Shown here piece after piece: positions 27,412-35,136 of a stretch of DNA of 35,492 nt. The translations under genes were made by a program, and so were the position numbers. Location of the stretch: assembly GCA_017882245.1 (NCBI GenBank), contig JADGPV010000035.1, forward strand, positions 1-35,492, written 5' to 3'. The notes beneath the pieces are model-generated. The model had not been told where the DNA came from and searched no databases. It saw nothing but the letters and a program-made list of their open reading frames with translations. How positions within the stretch are numbered: the stretch's first letter is position 1; each line of letters begins with the position of its first letter. The DNA comes from Bacteroidales bacterium (GTDB taxonomy: Bacteria > Bacteroidota > Bacteroidia > Bacteroidales > VadinHA17).

Positions 27412-27454
27412 CTGTCAGACTACAGGGCGAGCAATAGGCAGCAGGAAGCAAGGA

Positions 27455-27937
27455 TCAGAACAATTCGTATGTGTTACCGGTATGGGCAAGGAATTTGAAA
27501 AGCCCTTCACGGGGGATGATCAGCGAGGCAGTGTTAGTATTTGGATGGAACGATAGTTTTTCATGATCAAGCAGGGTTTTGTCAATGAACAAGTGAACAT
27601 GATGTGAATGGTCATTGATAAGTCCGAACGGAGATACTGAGCCCGGTGTGAGACCAAGGTACTGCATCAGCCTGCGGTCAGATGCAAAAGTAAGTTTCCC
27701 CTGCTGTAGCTGTTTTTCCAGGTCATGTATCTTCAGTTGTGAACTGTAGTACAATATGACAAGGTAATGTCTGTCGCCCTTGTGATTACGGAGGAAAATA
27801 TTTTTGCAGTGACCTGACTCAATGCCGGTCCAGTATTTCATTGCCTCTTCCACCGTGTGTACGGGAGGGTGTTCAATGTACTCAAAGGATATCTTAAGGT
27901 CATTGAGCAGAGCGTATAGTTCTGCCGGGCCCCTCAT
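27455..27937 (-). CDS. prolyl-tRNA synthetase-associated (YbaK/ProX-type) aminoacyl-tRNA deacylase domain protein
   Basis: 160-aa ORF. Its pattern (..ISFEYIEHPPVHTVEEA .. HCKNIFLRNHKGDRHYLVIL .. LTFAS..RLMQYLGLTPGSVSPFGLIND .. HPNTNTASL) matches the free-standing ProX-like family as I remember it. Confidence 0.8.
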   Translation of the reverse strand: MRGPAELYALLNDLKISFEYIEHPPVHTVEEAMKYWTGIESGHCKNIFLRNHKGDRHYLVILYYSSQLKIHDLEKQLQQGKLTFASDRRLMQYLGLTPGSVSPFGLINDHSHHVHLFIDKTLLDHEKLSFHPNTNTASLIIPREGLFKFLAHTGNTYELF

Positions 27938-28347
27938 TTATCGGTCTTCGTTTTCGGGCAATATTTGAGATCGATGTCGCAGAGCAATGCAAGATCTTCA
28001 CCTGCTTCACGGAGGTCAGTATCTTCAGCGTCATAATGCCATTCAATGACAACAGGTACTCCTTCATTGTTCAGCTCCTTCAGGTGGGTGAAGATATCGA
28101 AGAGGAATTTTGCTGATGATGAATTGAAATATTCTAGATCGAGCTTGAAAAGAAGGGGCTTTTTATCTGTATACGGATTGTTCTGCTTTAATGAGGAAGC
28201 GAATTCTTTCAACCAGTCGATCAGAGGATAATAAAGTTCCCGCACGTCTTCAGGCGCTGAATTTCCTGAAATGATAAATTTATTTTCACCGGGAGATAGT
28301 ATTATTTCCGGTGTTATATCTGTGGCATGGTGAATAAAGCTGTTCAT
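27934..28347 (-). CDS. DUF1987 / SiaC-like family protein
   Basis: 137-aa ORF. The N-terminal pattern ATDITPEIILSPGENKFIISGNSAPEDVRELYYPLIDWLKEF matches the DUF1987 signature (..T..TP.V.FD...G...I.G.S.PEN....Y.P...WL..Y) from memory. Its stop overlaps the ProX-like start by 4 nt (ATGA at 27937-27934). Confidence 0.65.
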   Translation of the reverse strand: MNSFIHHATDITPEIILSPGENKFIISGNSAPEDVRELYYPLIDWLKEFASSLKQNNPYTDKKPLLFKLDLEYFNSSSAKFLFDIFTHLKELNNEGVPVVIEWHYDAEDTDLREAGEDLALLCDIDLKYCPKTKTDK

Positions 28348-28410
28348 ATTCCCCTTTTATGCAAATCTGCAATTTTTTTTTATAAAAGACAATATAAGGT
28401 TATCAATATA

Positions 28411-28890
28411 TTATATGAGCCGGGGATCATCTTTTTCGGGATTAAAACCCGTGTCTTCGGAAAGAGCACTTTCTCTGGAGGCGTTGACAGCAAGGATGTC
28501 ACATCGCTCATTTTCAGCATCATTGTTATGTCCTTTTACCCAGACAAGGGTTACGTTATGGCGTCTGTAGAGGTCCAGGAAGCGTATCCAAAGATCCTGA
28601 TTTTTCTTTTTCTTAAAATATTTTCGCTCCCAGTCGAATACCCAGCCTTTGTTTATTGCGTTGGCAAGGTACTGTGAATCAGTATGCAGTTTCACGGGTG
28701 TGCCCTGTTTTTTCAGCGCTTCCAGTCCCTTGATGGCGGCCATAAGCTCCATCCTGTTGTTTGTAGTGAGTCGGAATCCCTCTGAGATCTCTTTCCGGTG
28801 TTTTCCGGAAATAAGCACAACGCCGTAGCCTCCCGGACCCGGGTTACCGCTGCAGGAGCCGTCGGTGTAGATGATTACCTCATTGACCAT
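28411..28890 (-). CDS. rnhA: ribonuclease HI
   Basis: Catalytic motif positions are visible: IYTDGSC (Asp), NNRMELMA (Glu), HTDSQY (Asp), WVKGHNNDAENERCDILA (His/Asp). Confidence 0.9.
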   Translation of the reverse strand: MVNEVIIYTDGSCSGNPGPGGYGVVLISGKHRKEISEGFRLTTNNRMELMAAIKGLEALKKQGTPVKLHTDSQYLANAINKGWVFDWERKYFKKKKNQDLWIRFLDLYRRHNVTLVWVKGHNNDAENERCDILAVNASRESALSEDTGFNPEKDDPRLI

Positions 28891-29464
28891 GTGTAAGTGC
28901 CAGGCCGGTATTATTGAGAAAGAGTCTGATAGCTATTGCCAGGAGGATGATGCCGAAGAACTTTTTAAGAATAATCAGTATGGTAGGGCCAAGAAATTTT
29001 TCAATTGTTGTAGTCATTTTCAGCACGAAAAAGACAACACCAATATTCAGAAGTAAAGCAATAAGGATGTTAATTGTATGATATTCCGCCCTTAAAGAAA
29101 GGATTGTAGTAATTGAACCTGCACCGGCGATGAGCGGGAATGCAATAGGTACAATTCCTCCTCCGCCGGGGGAATCCTGTCTGAAAAATTCCACGCCAAG
29201 AACCATCTCCATACCGATGAGAAAGATGATGATTGAACCAGCAATGGCAAACGCTTTGATATCGACACCGAAAATCCCGAGAAGCTTCTCGCCGAAGATC
29301 AGGAAAGCGAGGAATATACCAAGTGAGGCCAATGTCACCTTAACGGGTTGCACGTCTCCTGTTTTTGCCTTGAGATCCAGTATGATGGGGATAGATCCGA
29401 TGATGTCAATAATTGCAAAGAGCACCATGAAGCAGGCTAAAATTTCAATGAAATCGATGTTCAT
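28880..29464 (-). CDS. MarC-family (UPF0056) integral membrane protein
   Basis: I start it at the ATG at 29464 (MNIDFIEILACFMVLFAIIDIIGSIPI..) rather than the track start 29593, because the 43-codon extension crosses a terminator and a promoter-like box. The family motif IVPIAFPLIAGAGSITT is present. The 3' end overlaps rnhA by 11 nt. Confidence 0.8.
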   Translation of the reverse strand: MNIDFIEILACFMVLFAIIDIIGSIPIILDLKAKTGDVQPVKVTLASLGIFLAFLIFGEKLLGIFGVDIKAFAIAGSIIIFLIGMEMVLGVEFFRQDSPGGGGIVPIAFPLIAGAGSITTILSLRAEYHTINILIALLLNIGVVFFVLKMTTTIEKFLGPTILIILKKFFGIILLAIAIRLFLNNTGLALTHGQ

Positions 29465-29478
29465 GTGTAAAATTTCGG

Positions 29479-29486
29479 CAAAGATA
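29479..29486 (-). promoter_or_regulatory. candidate -7 box TATCTTTG for the MarC-rnhA unit
   Basis: The minus-strand 8-mer matches TAnnTTTG. It ends 15 nt upstream of the ATG at 29464. Confidence 0.35.
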
Positions 29487-29521
29487 GTAAAGCCTGGGGC
29501 AAGGTGCAAGGGGCACGGAGT

Positions 29522-29540
29522 GACGCCCAATCTGGGCGTC
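29522..29540. other. GC-rich hairpin GACGCCCA-ATC-TGGGCGTC (8-bp perfect stem)
   Basis: Read directly. It sits between the S46 terminator and the MarC promoter-like box. Confidence 0.5.
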
Positions 29541-29546
29541 GTGGCG

Positions 29547-29580
29547 AAAAAAAAAGGGTCACCGAACCGGCAACCCTTTG
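29547..29580 (-). terminator. intrinsic terminator downstream of the S46 peptidase gene
   Basis: The minus-strand RNA reads AAAGGGU-UGCCGGUUCGGUG-ACCCUUU followed by further U residues (a 9-nt T-run on the minus strand, A-run 29547-29555 on plus). It starts about 21 nt after the stop codon at 29601. Confidence 0.6.
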
Positions 29581-29600
29581 CACCATCCAGCATGTCAAAC

Positions 29601-31751
29601 CTACTGCCTGATATCCATCTCCTTCAGAAGGTGGCCGGCGCCGGAGTATATATCAATGACCCAAAGCACGTACCTGATGTCAACGCATATGGATCTCTGA
29701 AGCTCAGGTTCAAATTCAATTTTATCTGTCATAGCTTCCCAGTTACCATCAAATGCAATGCCGATGAGCTCGCCGTTACCATTGACCACAGGACTTCCGG
29801 AGTTGCCGCCGGTGATATCATTGGTAGTTATAAAACAGACCGGCATATATCCGTCAGGAGAAGCGTAACGTCCGTATTCTTTTCTGCCATTGAGGTCAAT
29901 CAGACGCTGCGGCAGATCAAATTCATAATCGCCCGGTTTGTACTTCTGCACTACACCGTCAAGCGTGGTGTACCAGTTATAATGCACCGCATCATAAGGA
30001 TAATAATCAAGCACTTTTCCGTAGGTCATCCTCATTGTGAAGTTGGCATCGGGATATTTTGTTTTTTCCGGAGCAAATTCCATCACACCGGCAATATATG
30101 TGCGCTGTCCTTTTGAAAGGTCTGCGTTGTAGCTTTCAAGGTCCTTCTGAAGGCCTGTACGTACTGTACTGACTGATCTGGCAACAATGTAGGCAGGGTC
30201 TTTCTGTAACGTCCTGAGGTTTGGTTTGGCAAGGAATGCCCTGTACTTATCAGGATTGGTTAAGAATGATCTGGTGAACATGTCATCAACAAATGCATCT
30301 ATATTGCCTTTGAATTTCCTGTCAATAATTATATAAAAGTCGGGCCAGAACTTCGGATCGACATCTTCCTTAAAGAGTTTCAGCATAGCCTTTGTCACCT
30401 TCCTGTCAGTAGGATAATTATAATCTTCATAGAAATTATCCATCATTTTCATAGATCTCTCCGTAATGCCTGCGACTTTGTCTTTATCGCCATTTACGAG
30501 GGCTTCTTCAAGAGGCCTGAGCTGGCCGGCTATGCCTATCAGTTCACATGAACCTCTGAAAACTTCGTTCATATACTGCTGGGCATTGTATTTTTCGGCC
30601 CTGGCTTTCACTGCGTTTTCAATGAGTGCGAGTGCATTGCCGTATTTCTCAATGCGTGCTGGATCAGCGTTTACCCACCTGGTGAATTCAGCTTCAAAAG
30701 CTTCTTTCTTTGCTTTTGTCCCGAGACGTCCGATCACTTCGTTCTGCCCGATAGAATATTTCCAGTAATTTGATGAACCTGAGTATTTTGAGGCATATTG
30801 AATATTTATCTTCGGGTCGGCCATCATATCCTTCATCAGGATATCCTGTCTTATCCCCCGGATTTTGATCCTGTCGGCATTGACAATCTTCATTGTCTCA
30901 TCAACCTCCCAGGAGGTCATGTATCTTGTTGTGCCGCCCGGGTAACCAAGTATCATTGTAAAGTCATTCTTCTGGAGGTTCTTTATTGATACCGGGAGGT
31001 AATATTTAGGTTTGAGGGGGACATTATCTTTTGAATATTGCGCCGGTTTGCCATCGGGGCCCATATAAACCCTGAAGACGCTGAAATCGCCTGTATGGCG
31101 CGGCCACATCCAATTATCCGTGTCAAACCCGTATTTACCGATTGAGCTTGGGGGTGTTCCGACAAGCCGTATATCGGTGTAAACCTCGTTTACTATCAGG
31201 AAATACTGGTTTCCGCCGTAGAAAGGCGTTACCTGTGCACGGTATTGAGTGTCTTTGATTGCTTCGGCAGTGATAGCTGCACTTTCTGCCATAACTGCCT
31301 CACGGCGTTCTGCTTCGGTCATGCTGGTGTTTGTCTTGCCGATGACACGCGATGTGACATCTTCAATACGTATCAGGAAGATCACGCTTAGCCCGGGATT
31401 GGGGAGTTCTTCCTCGCGTGTCATAGCCCAGAAGCCGTTTGCAAGGTAGTCGTGCTCAACGGTACTGTGGTTCTGGATGGATCCATAACCGCAGTGGTGG
31501 TTGGTAAGCAGGAGGCCTTCAGGTGAGACTATCTCTCCGGTACAGCCTCCGCCAAAGATGACAACAGCATCTTTCATGCATGCTTTGTTAATACTGTAGA
31601 TATCTTCGGCTGTTAGTTTCAGTCCCATTTCGGTCATGGTACCAATATTCAGCTTTTCAATGAGTGGCAGCAGCCACATACCTTCATCAGCCCTGGCCTG
31701 GAAGCCGGAGAAAGAAACAAGGATTACAAGGATAGATAAGATTTTTTTCAT
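29601..31751 (-). CDS. dpp7: S46 family dipeptidyl-peptidase, DPP7-like
   Basis: 716-aa ORF with a signal peptide then the family-typical DEGMWLL start. It has a chymotrypsin-fold triad context: LLTNHHCGYG (His) and GGNSGSPV (Ser). Gly sits 18 residues after the catalytic Ser (FDGNWE). Confidence 0.85.
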   Translation of the reverse strand: MKKILSILVILVSFSGFQARADEGMWLLPLIEKLNIGTMTEMGLKLTAEDIYSINKACMKDAVVIFGGGCTGEIVSPEGLLLTNHHCGYGSIQNHSTVEHDYLANGFWAMTREEELPNPGLSVIFLIRIEDVTSRVIGKTNTSMTEAERREAVMAESAAITAEAIKDTQYRAQVTPFYGGNQYFLIVNEVYTDIRLVGTPPSSIGKYGFDTDNWMWPRHTGDFSVFRVYMGPDGKPAQYSKDNVPLKPKYYLPVSIKNLQKNDFTMILGYPGGTTRYMTSWEVDETMKIVNADRIKIRGIRQDILMKDMMADPKINIQYASKYSGSSNYWKYSIGQNEVIGRLGTKAKKEAFEAEFTRWVNADPARIEKYGNALALIENAVKARAEKYNAQQYMNEVFRGSCELIGIAGQLRPLEEALVNGDKDKVAGITERSMKMMDNFYEDYNYPTDRKVTKAMLKLFKEDVDPKFWPDFYIIIDRKFKGNIDAFVDDMFTRSFLTNPDKYRAFLAKPNLRTLQKDPAYIVARSVSTVRTGLQKDLESYNADLSKGQRTYIAGVMEFAPEKTKYPDANFTMRMTYGKVLDYYPYDAVHYNWYTTLDGVVQKYKPGDYEFDLPQRLIDLNGRKEYGRYASPDGYMPVCFITTNDITGGNSGSPVVNGNGELIGIAFDGNWEAMTDKIEFEPELQRSICVDIRYVLWVIDIYSGAGHLLKEMDIRQ

Positions 31752-31783
31752 GAGATACAGCAGTAAATGTTTTTGCGAAGTGC

Positions 31784-31791
31784 CAAAGATA
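31784..31791 (-). promoter_or_regulatory. candidate -7 box TATCTTTG for the S46 peptidase gene
   Basis: The minus-strand 8-mer matches TAnnTTTG. It is 33 nt upstream of the ATG at 31751. Confidence 0.35.
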
Positions 31792-31795
31792 TCAT

Positions 31796-31812
31796 TTTCC
31801 GGTTTCCGGAAA
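31796..31812 (-). other. hairpin TTTCCGG-NNN-CCGGAAA just after the rnhB stop; weak terminator candidate
   Basis: 7-bp perfect stem with a 3-nt loop. There is no clean U-run after it on the minus strand (AUGAUAUCUUUGG), so terminator function is uncertain. Confidence 0.3.
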
Positions 31813-31826
31813 CTGATTTTAACATT

Positions 31827-32429
31827 TTATAAGAAACGGAGTTCGGTCTGCAGGTCCCTGAGGTTAAAGGTGAGGCGGTGGTAAGGGGTTATGCCGTGAT
31901 CAGTTATCGCCCGGCGGTGTTCAGGTGTCGGGTAGCCCTTGTTACGGTGCCAGCCGTACATAGGGTACAGGGCATCAAGTTCTTCCATCAAGCGGTCGCG
32001 TTCTGTTTTTGCGAGTATGGAGGCAGCGGCAATTGCGAGGTAGGTGGCGTCGCCATGAACGACAGTCTGGTGGGGAATATTACTGTATGAATAGAATCTA
32101 TTGCCGTCTATAAGCAGCAGGAGCGGGGTTACTTTCAGGGTGCTGATAGCGCGGTGCATAGCGGTTATTGATGCACGGAGTATGTTCATGTTGTCTATCT
32201 CGGTGTTGCTGCATGAAGCTATGCTCCAGGCTATGGCATTGGATATTATCTCTTCGCGGAGTCTGTCGCGCCGGCGTGGGGAGAGCAGTTTTGAGTCGTT
32301 CAGTTCCTTATTGCGATATTTTTTTGGAAAGATCACTGCTGCGGCAAATACCGGACCTGCCAGGCAGCCACGGCCGGCCTCGTCGCAGCCGGCTTCTTTT
32401 ATTCCGTTGAGGTACCAGGGTTTGAGCAT
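31827..32429 (-). CDS. rnhB: ribonuclease HII
   Basis: GCDEAGRGCLAGPVFAAAV (DE motif), NDSKLLS, and VHGDATYLAIAAASILAK are typical of RNase HII. The start overlaps the GT4 stop by 1 nt (TGATG). Confidence 0.9.
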   Translation of the reverse strand: MLKPWYLNGIKEAGCDEAGRGCLAGPVFAAAVIFPKKYRNKELNDSKLLSPRRRDRLREEIISNAIAWSIASCSNTEIDNMNILRASITAMHRAISTLKVTPLLLLIDGNRFYSYSNIPHQTVVHGDATYLAIAAASILAKTERDRLMEELDALYPMYGWHRNKGYPTPEHRRAITDHGITPYHRLTFNLRDLQTELRFL

Positions 32430-33562
32430 CAGGGTTTGTCATTTACGGTTTTGATGATGCAGTTCCACATTTCTGTGGCGGCGTTATCCCAGGTATAACG
32501 TTCAGAGTTACGTTTTCCGTCTTGAGTGAGGCGGCGGCGCAGCGCCTCGTCGGAGACGAGGCGCGCCATAGCCTCGGCTATGGCGTCTGCGTCGGCGGGG
32601 CCGGCGCAGAGCGCTGCGCCGCCGCTGACCTCGGGCAACGATGAGGTGTCGGACAGTATGCACGGCGTACCGCAACGCTGCGCCTCAACAACAGGGATAC
32701 CGAAACCCTCAAACCACGGAACAAAAATGAGAGCTACAGCGGCGCCATACAGACGCCTTAATACATTACGGTTTACCGATCCGGTAAAAAGTATATCCGG
32801 TCCGAATGGGGAAGCCTCCAGCGCCCTGTCAATATCCCTGGTCAGGTATAGCCTCCTGCCTGCAAGAAGCAGGACATGGCCGCTTCTGTTATCCTTTCTG
32901 AAGAGATCGTAAGCCTTTATGACCGTCCCGATGTTCTTGCGGGGAGAGAAGTTGCTCACAAAAAGAAAATATGGCCTGCCACCCGTGAACTCCCGTCTCG
33001 TTTCCTCAGCCTCACCCGGCAAAGGCGGAGTGAAAATATCTGCCACGCCATTGGACACAATGTCAATCTTATCAGGATCAATCCCATAGGTCGCTGAAAT
33101 ATCATCTGCCGAGAACCGTGATACCGTGGCCACCCTCGCCGCCTTCTCTGCGAACAGAGGGAAAAAGTGACGGTAATATATTCGTTCACTCTGCGGTATA
33201 TCACCCGGACGATGCTCGTAGTTGATATCGTGTATCACCGGAATGCACGGAACCGTTGTATGCACAGGGATGATACCGTCGGGTGCGACAAAAAGATCAG
33301 CTTTGACTTTCTTCAGAACCGGCGGAAGAAATAACTCATGCCAGACATACCAGATTAAAGGGTGAACGGTACGGAACGGGATGGTGATGTATTCAACGTT
33401 ACTTCCTGAGACAGGCGGGTCATCATACTTGCGGTCGCTTATAAGCACAAAACGATGCTCTGGATGGGCGCTGACGATACCCCTGATGACCTCATAGGTG
33501 AACCACCCTATACCGTCGTGCGGAACAGGTTTCAGGGTGCGCGCATTAATGGCAATAATCAT
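32429..33562 (-). CDS. GT4-family (group 1, retaining) glycosyltransferase
   Basis: 377-aa ORF with a C-terminal GT-B half carrying the EX7E motif: FVPWFEGFGIPVVEAQRCGTPCILSD. Confidence 0.85.
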   Translation of the reverse strand: MIIAINARTLKPVPHDGIGWFTYEVIRGIVSAHPEHRFVLISDRKYDDPPVSGSNVEYITIPFRTVHPLIWYVWHELFLPPVLKKVKADLFVAPDGIIPVHTTVPCIPVIHDINYEHRPGDIPQSERIYYRHFFPLFAEKAARVATVSRFSADDISATYGIDPDKIDIVSNGVADIFTPPLPGEAEETRREFTGGRPYFLFVSNFSPRKNIGTVIKAYDLFRKDNRSGHVLLLAGRRLYLTRDIDRALEASPFGPDILFTGSVNRNVLRRLYGAAVALIFVPWFEGFGIPVVEAQRCGTPCILSDTSSLPEVSGGAALCAGPADADAIAEAMARLVSDEALRRRLTQDGKRNSERYTWDNAATEMWNCIIKTVNDKP

Positions 33563-33646
33563 CGTGAGGTGCCGTTTCCAAGTTACAAATGTGGCAATTA
33601 ATTTATAAATTGTGACTCATTTGAACAAAGTCAGCAAAAGATCGCA

Positions 33647-35098
33647 TTGAGGAGAAAATTCCTGGTAAATATTATTTTTCTGCTTGCGGTGAGCATTATT
33701 GTCAAGGCTTTCTGGGTCCTTGGCATTGACCGTACTGTTCAGAATGTGGCTGGCGAAGCAGCCTACGGTTTTTATTTCTCACTCTTCAGCTTCTCGGTTC
33801 TGTTTACGTTGTTGCTGGACATGGGATTATCGGGCTTCAACAACAGGGCCGTCTCTGCCGATCCAACGAGGGTGAAGTTGTACTTTGGCAATGTACTGCT
33901 TCTTCGCCTTATGCTGACTGCAGCCTATTTCCTTATCACGGTTTCCGTGGCATGGGCTATGGGCTATTCAAAGGACCAGTTATCATTGCTCCTTATTCTT
34001 ATGCTGAACCAGGTGATGTCATCCATGATCCTCTGGCTTCGTTCAAACATCAGCGGGATGCAGTACCTCTTTCTCGACAGCGTCCTCTCGGTAGCTGACA
34101 GGCTGGTCATGATCATCATCTGTTCACTCCTGCTATGGGGCGGGGTGGCATCCGGGCCATTCAGGATAGAATGGTTTGTATGGGCACAGTCGGCAGCATA
34201 TTTTACCGTGATGGTTTTGTCGTTCATTATTGTGGTGCGCCGGGGAGGGGTCTCGAAGGTCAGGCCTGACCCAGGAGTGTTAAAGAGCATTATCATAACC
34301 GGATTGCCTTTTGCCCTGGTGGCATTTGCCATGACACTTTACTGGCGTATCGACTCGGTGATGATCGAACGGCTGTTACCTGACGGCGCCCGGCAGGCAG
34401 GTATCTATGCTCAGGCCTTCAGGCTTTTTGATGCCATAGCCATGATCCCTGTGTTGTTCGGCGGTCTTCTGCTCCCCATAATGTCAAAAGAAATTGCTGC
34501 AGGCAATAACATAACTCCCCTTGCCTCAATGGCCGGGAGGATGCTTCTTGCACCTCTGGGTGTCGGAGCAGTAACACTTGCAACTTTCCCGGGCGAGATA
34601 CTTAACCTGCTGTACAGTTCGCCTGCACAGGGAGCTGTCAGTGCATTCATGCTACTGATGCTGGCCCTGTTGCCTGTAGGAGTAGTATATATCTTCAGCA
34701 CGATGCTCACGGCCGCAGGTCGGCTGAAGCTGCTCGGAGCGATAACCCTGGGAGCAATGATGGTAAATATTGTATTGAACCTTATTCTCATACCATCCTT
34801 TTCTGCCGTAGGAGCAGCCTGTACAGCATTTTGCACCCAGATACTCGTCGCCCTGGCATGCATGATCGCAGTTGAAAAAACCATGGTAAGGATGATCACA
34901 TTTAGAAGGGTACTTCTCTATATTCTGATGCTTTTGCTGACATTCGCTGTCGGCCGGTTCATGAAGTTGCTTGAGGTACCGTGGATCGTGGCAGCGGCAG
35001 TAGAGCTCATCACCGGCATGGTCCTTGCGCTGGTTTTCAGGATGATTGAGCCTCTCAAAAACCTGAAACTCATTCTCGAGAGGCGGAATTCAATTTAA
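33647..35098 (+). CDS. Wzx-like polysaccharide/oligosaccharide flippase (MOP superfamily)
   Basis: 483-aa ORF with about 12-14 hydrophobic helices and the characteristic loop ..YWRIDSVMIERLL.. The only in-frame start after the upstream stop (33599-33601) is TTG 33647, so the start is uncertain. Confidence 0.7.
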   Translation: MRRKFLVNIIFLLAVSIIVKAFWVLGIDRTVQNVAGEAAYGFYFSLFSFSVLFTLLLDMGLSGFNNRAVSADPTRVKLYFGNVLLLRLMLTAAYFLITVSVAWAMGYSKDQLSLLLILMLNQVMSSMILWLRSNISGMQYLFLDSVLSVADRLVMIIICSLLLWGGVASGPFRIEWFVWAQSAAYFTVMVLSFIIVVRRGGVSKVRPDPGVLKSIIITGLPFALVAFAMTLYWRIDSVMIERLLPDGARQAGIYAQAFRLFDAIAMIPVLFGGLLLPIMSKEIAAGNNITPLASMAGRMLLAPLGVGAVTLATFPGEILNLLYSSPAQGAVSAFMLLMLALLPVGVVYIFSTMLTAAGRLKLLGAITLGAMMVNIVLNLILIPSFSAVGAACTAFCTQILVALACMIAVEKTMVRMITFRRVLLYILMLLLTFAVGRFMKLLEVPWIVAAAVELITGMVLALVFRMIEPLKNLKLILERRNSI

Positions 35099-35105
35099 AA
35101 AGTGT

Positions 35106-35113
35106 TATTTTTG
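35106..35113 (+). promoter_or_regulatory. candidate -7 box TATTTTTG for the terminal partial gene
   Basis: Matches TAnnTTTG. It ends 24 nt before the ATG at 35137. Confidence 0.3.
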
Positions 35114-35136
35114 GCTTTGATTATTTAGGGTCTGAT

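Noticed and set aside
29465-29593. 43-codon N-terminal extension of the MarC-family ORF as given in the track (start 29593).
   Set aside because: The extension spans an intrinsic terminator, a GC hairpin and a promoter-like box. The sequence from Met44 (MNIDFIEIL..) is a normal MarC N-terminus.
29130-30116. 328-aa plus-strand ORF, the longest non-assigned ORF in the window.
   Set aside because: It is antisense to both the MarC and S46 genes and crosses their intergenic terminator. It has no recognisable motifs and a low-complexity Ser/Pro/Lys-rich composition typical of antisense frames.
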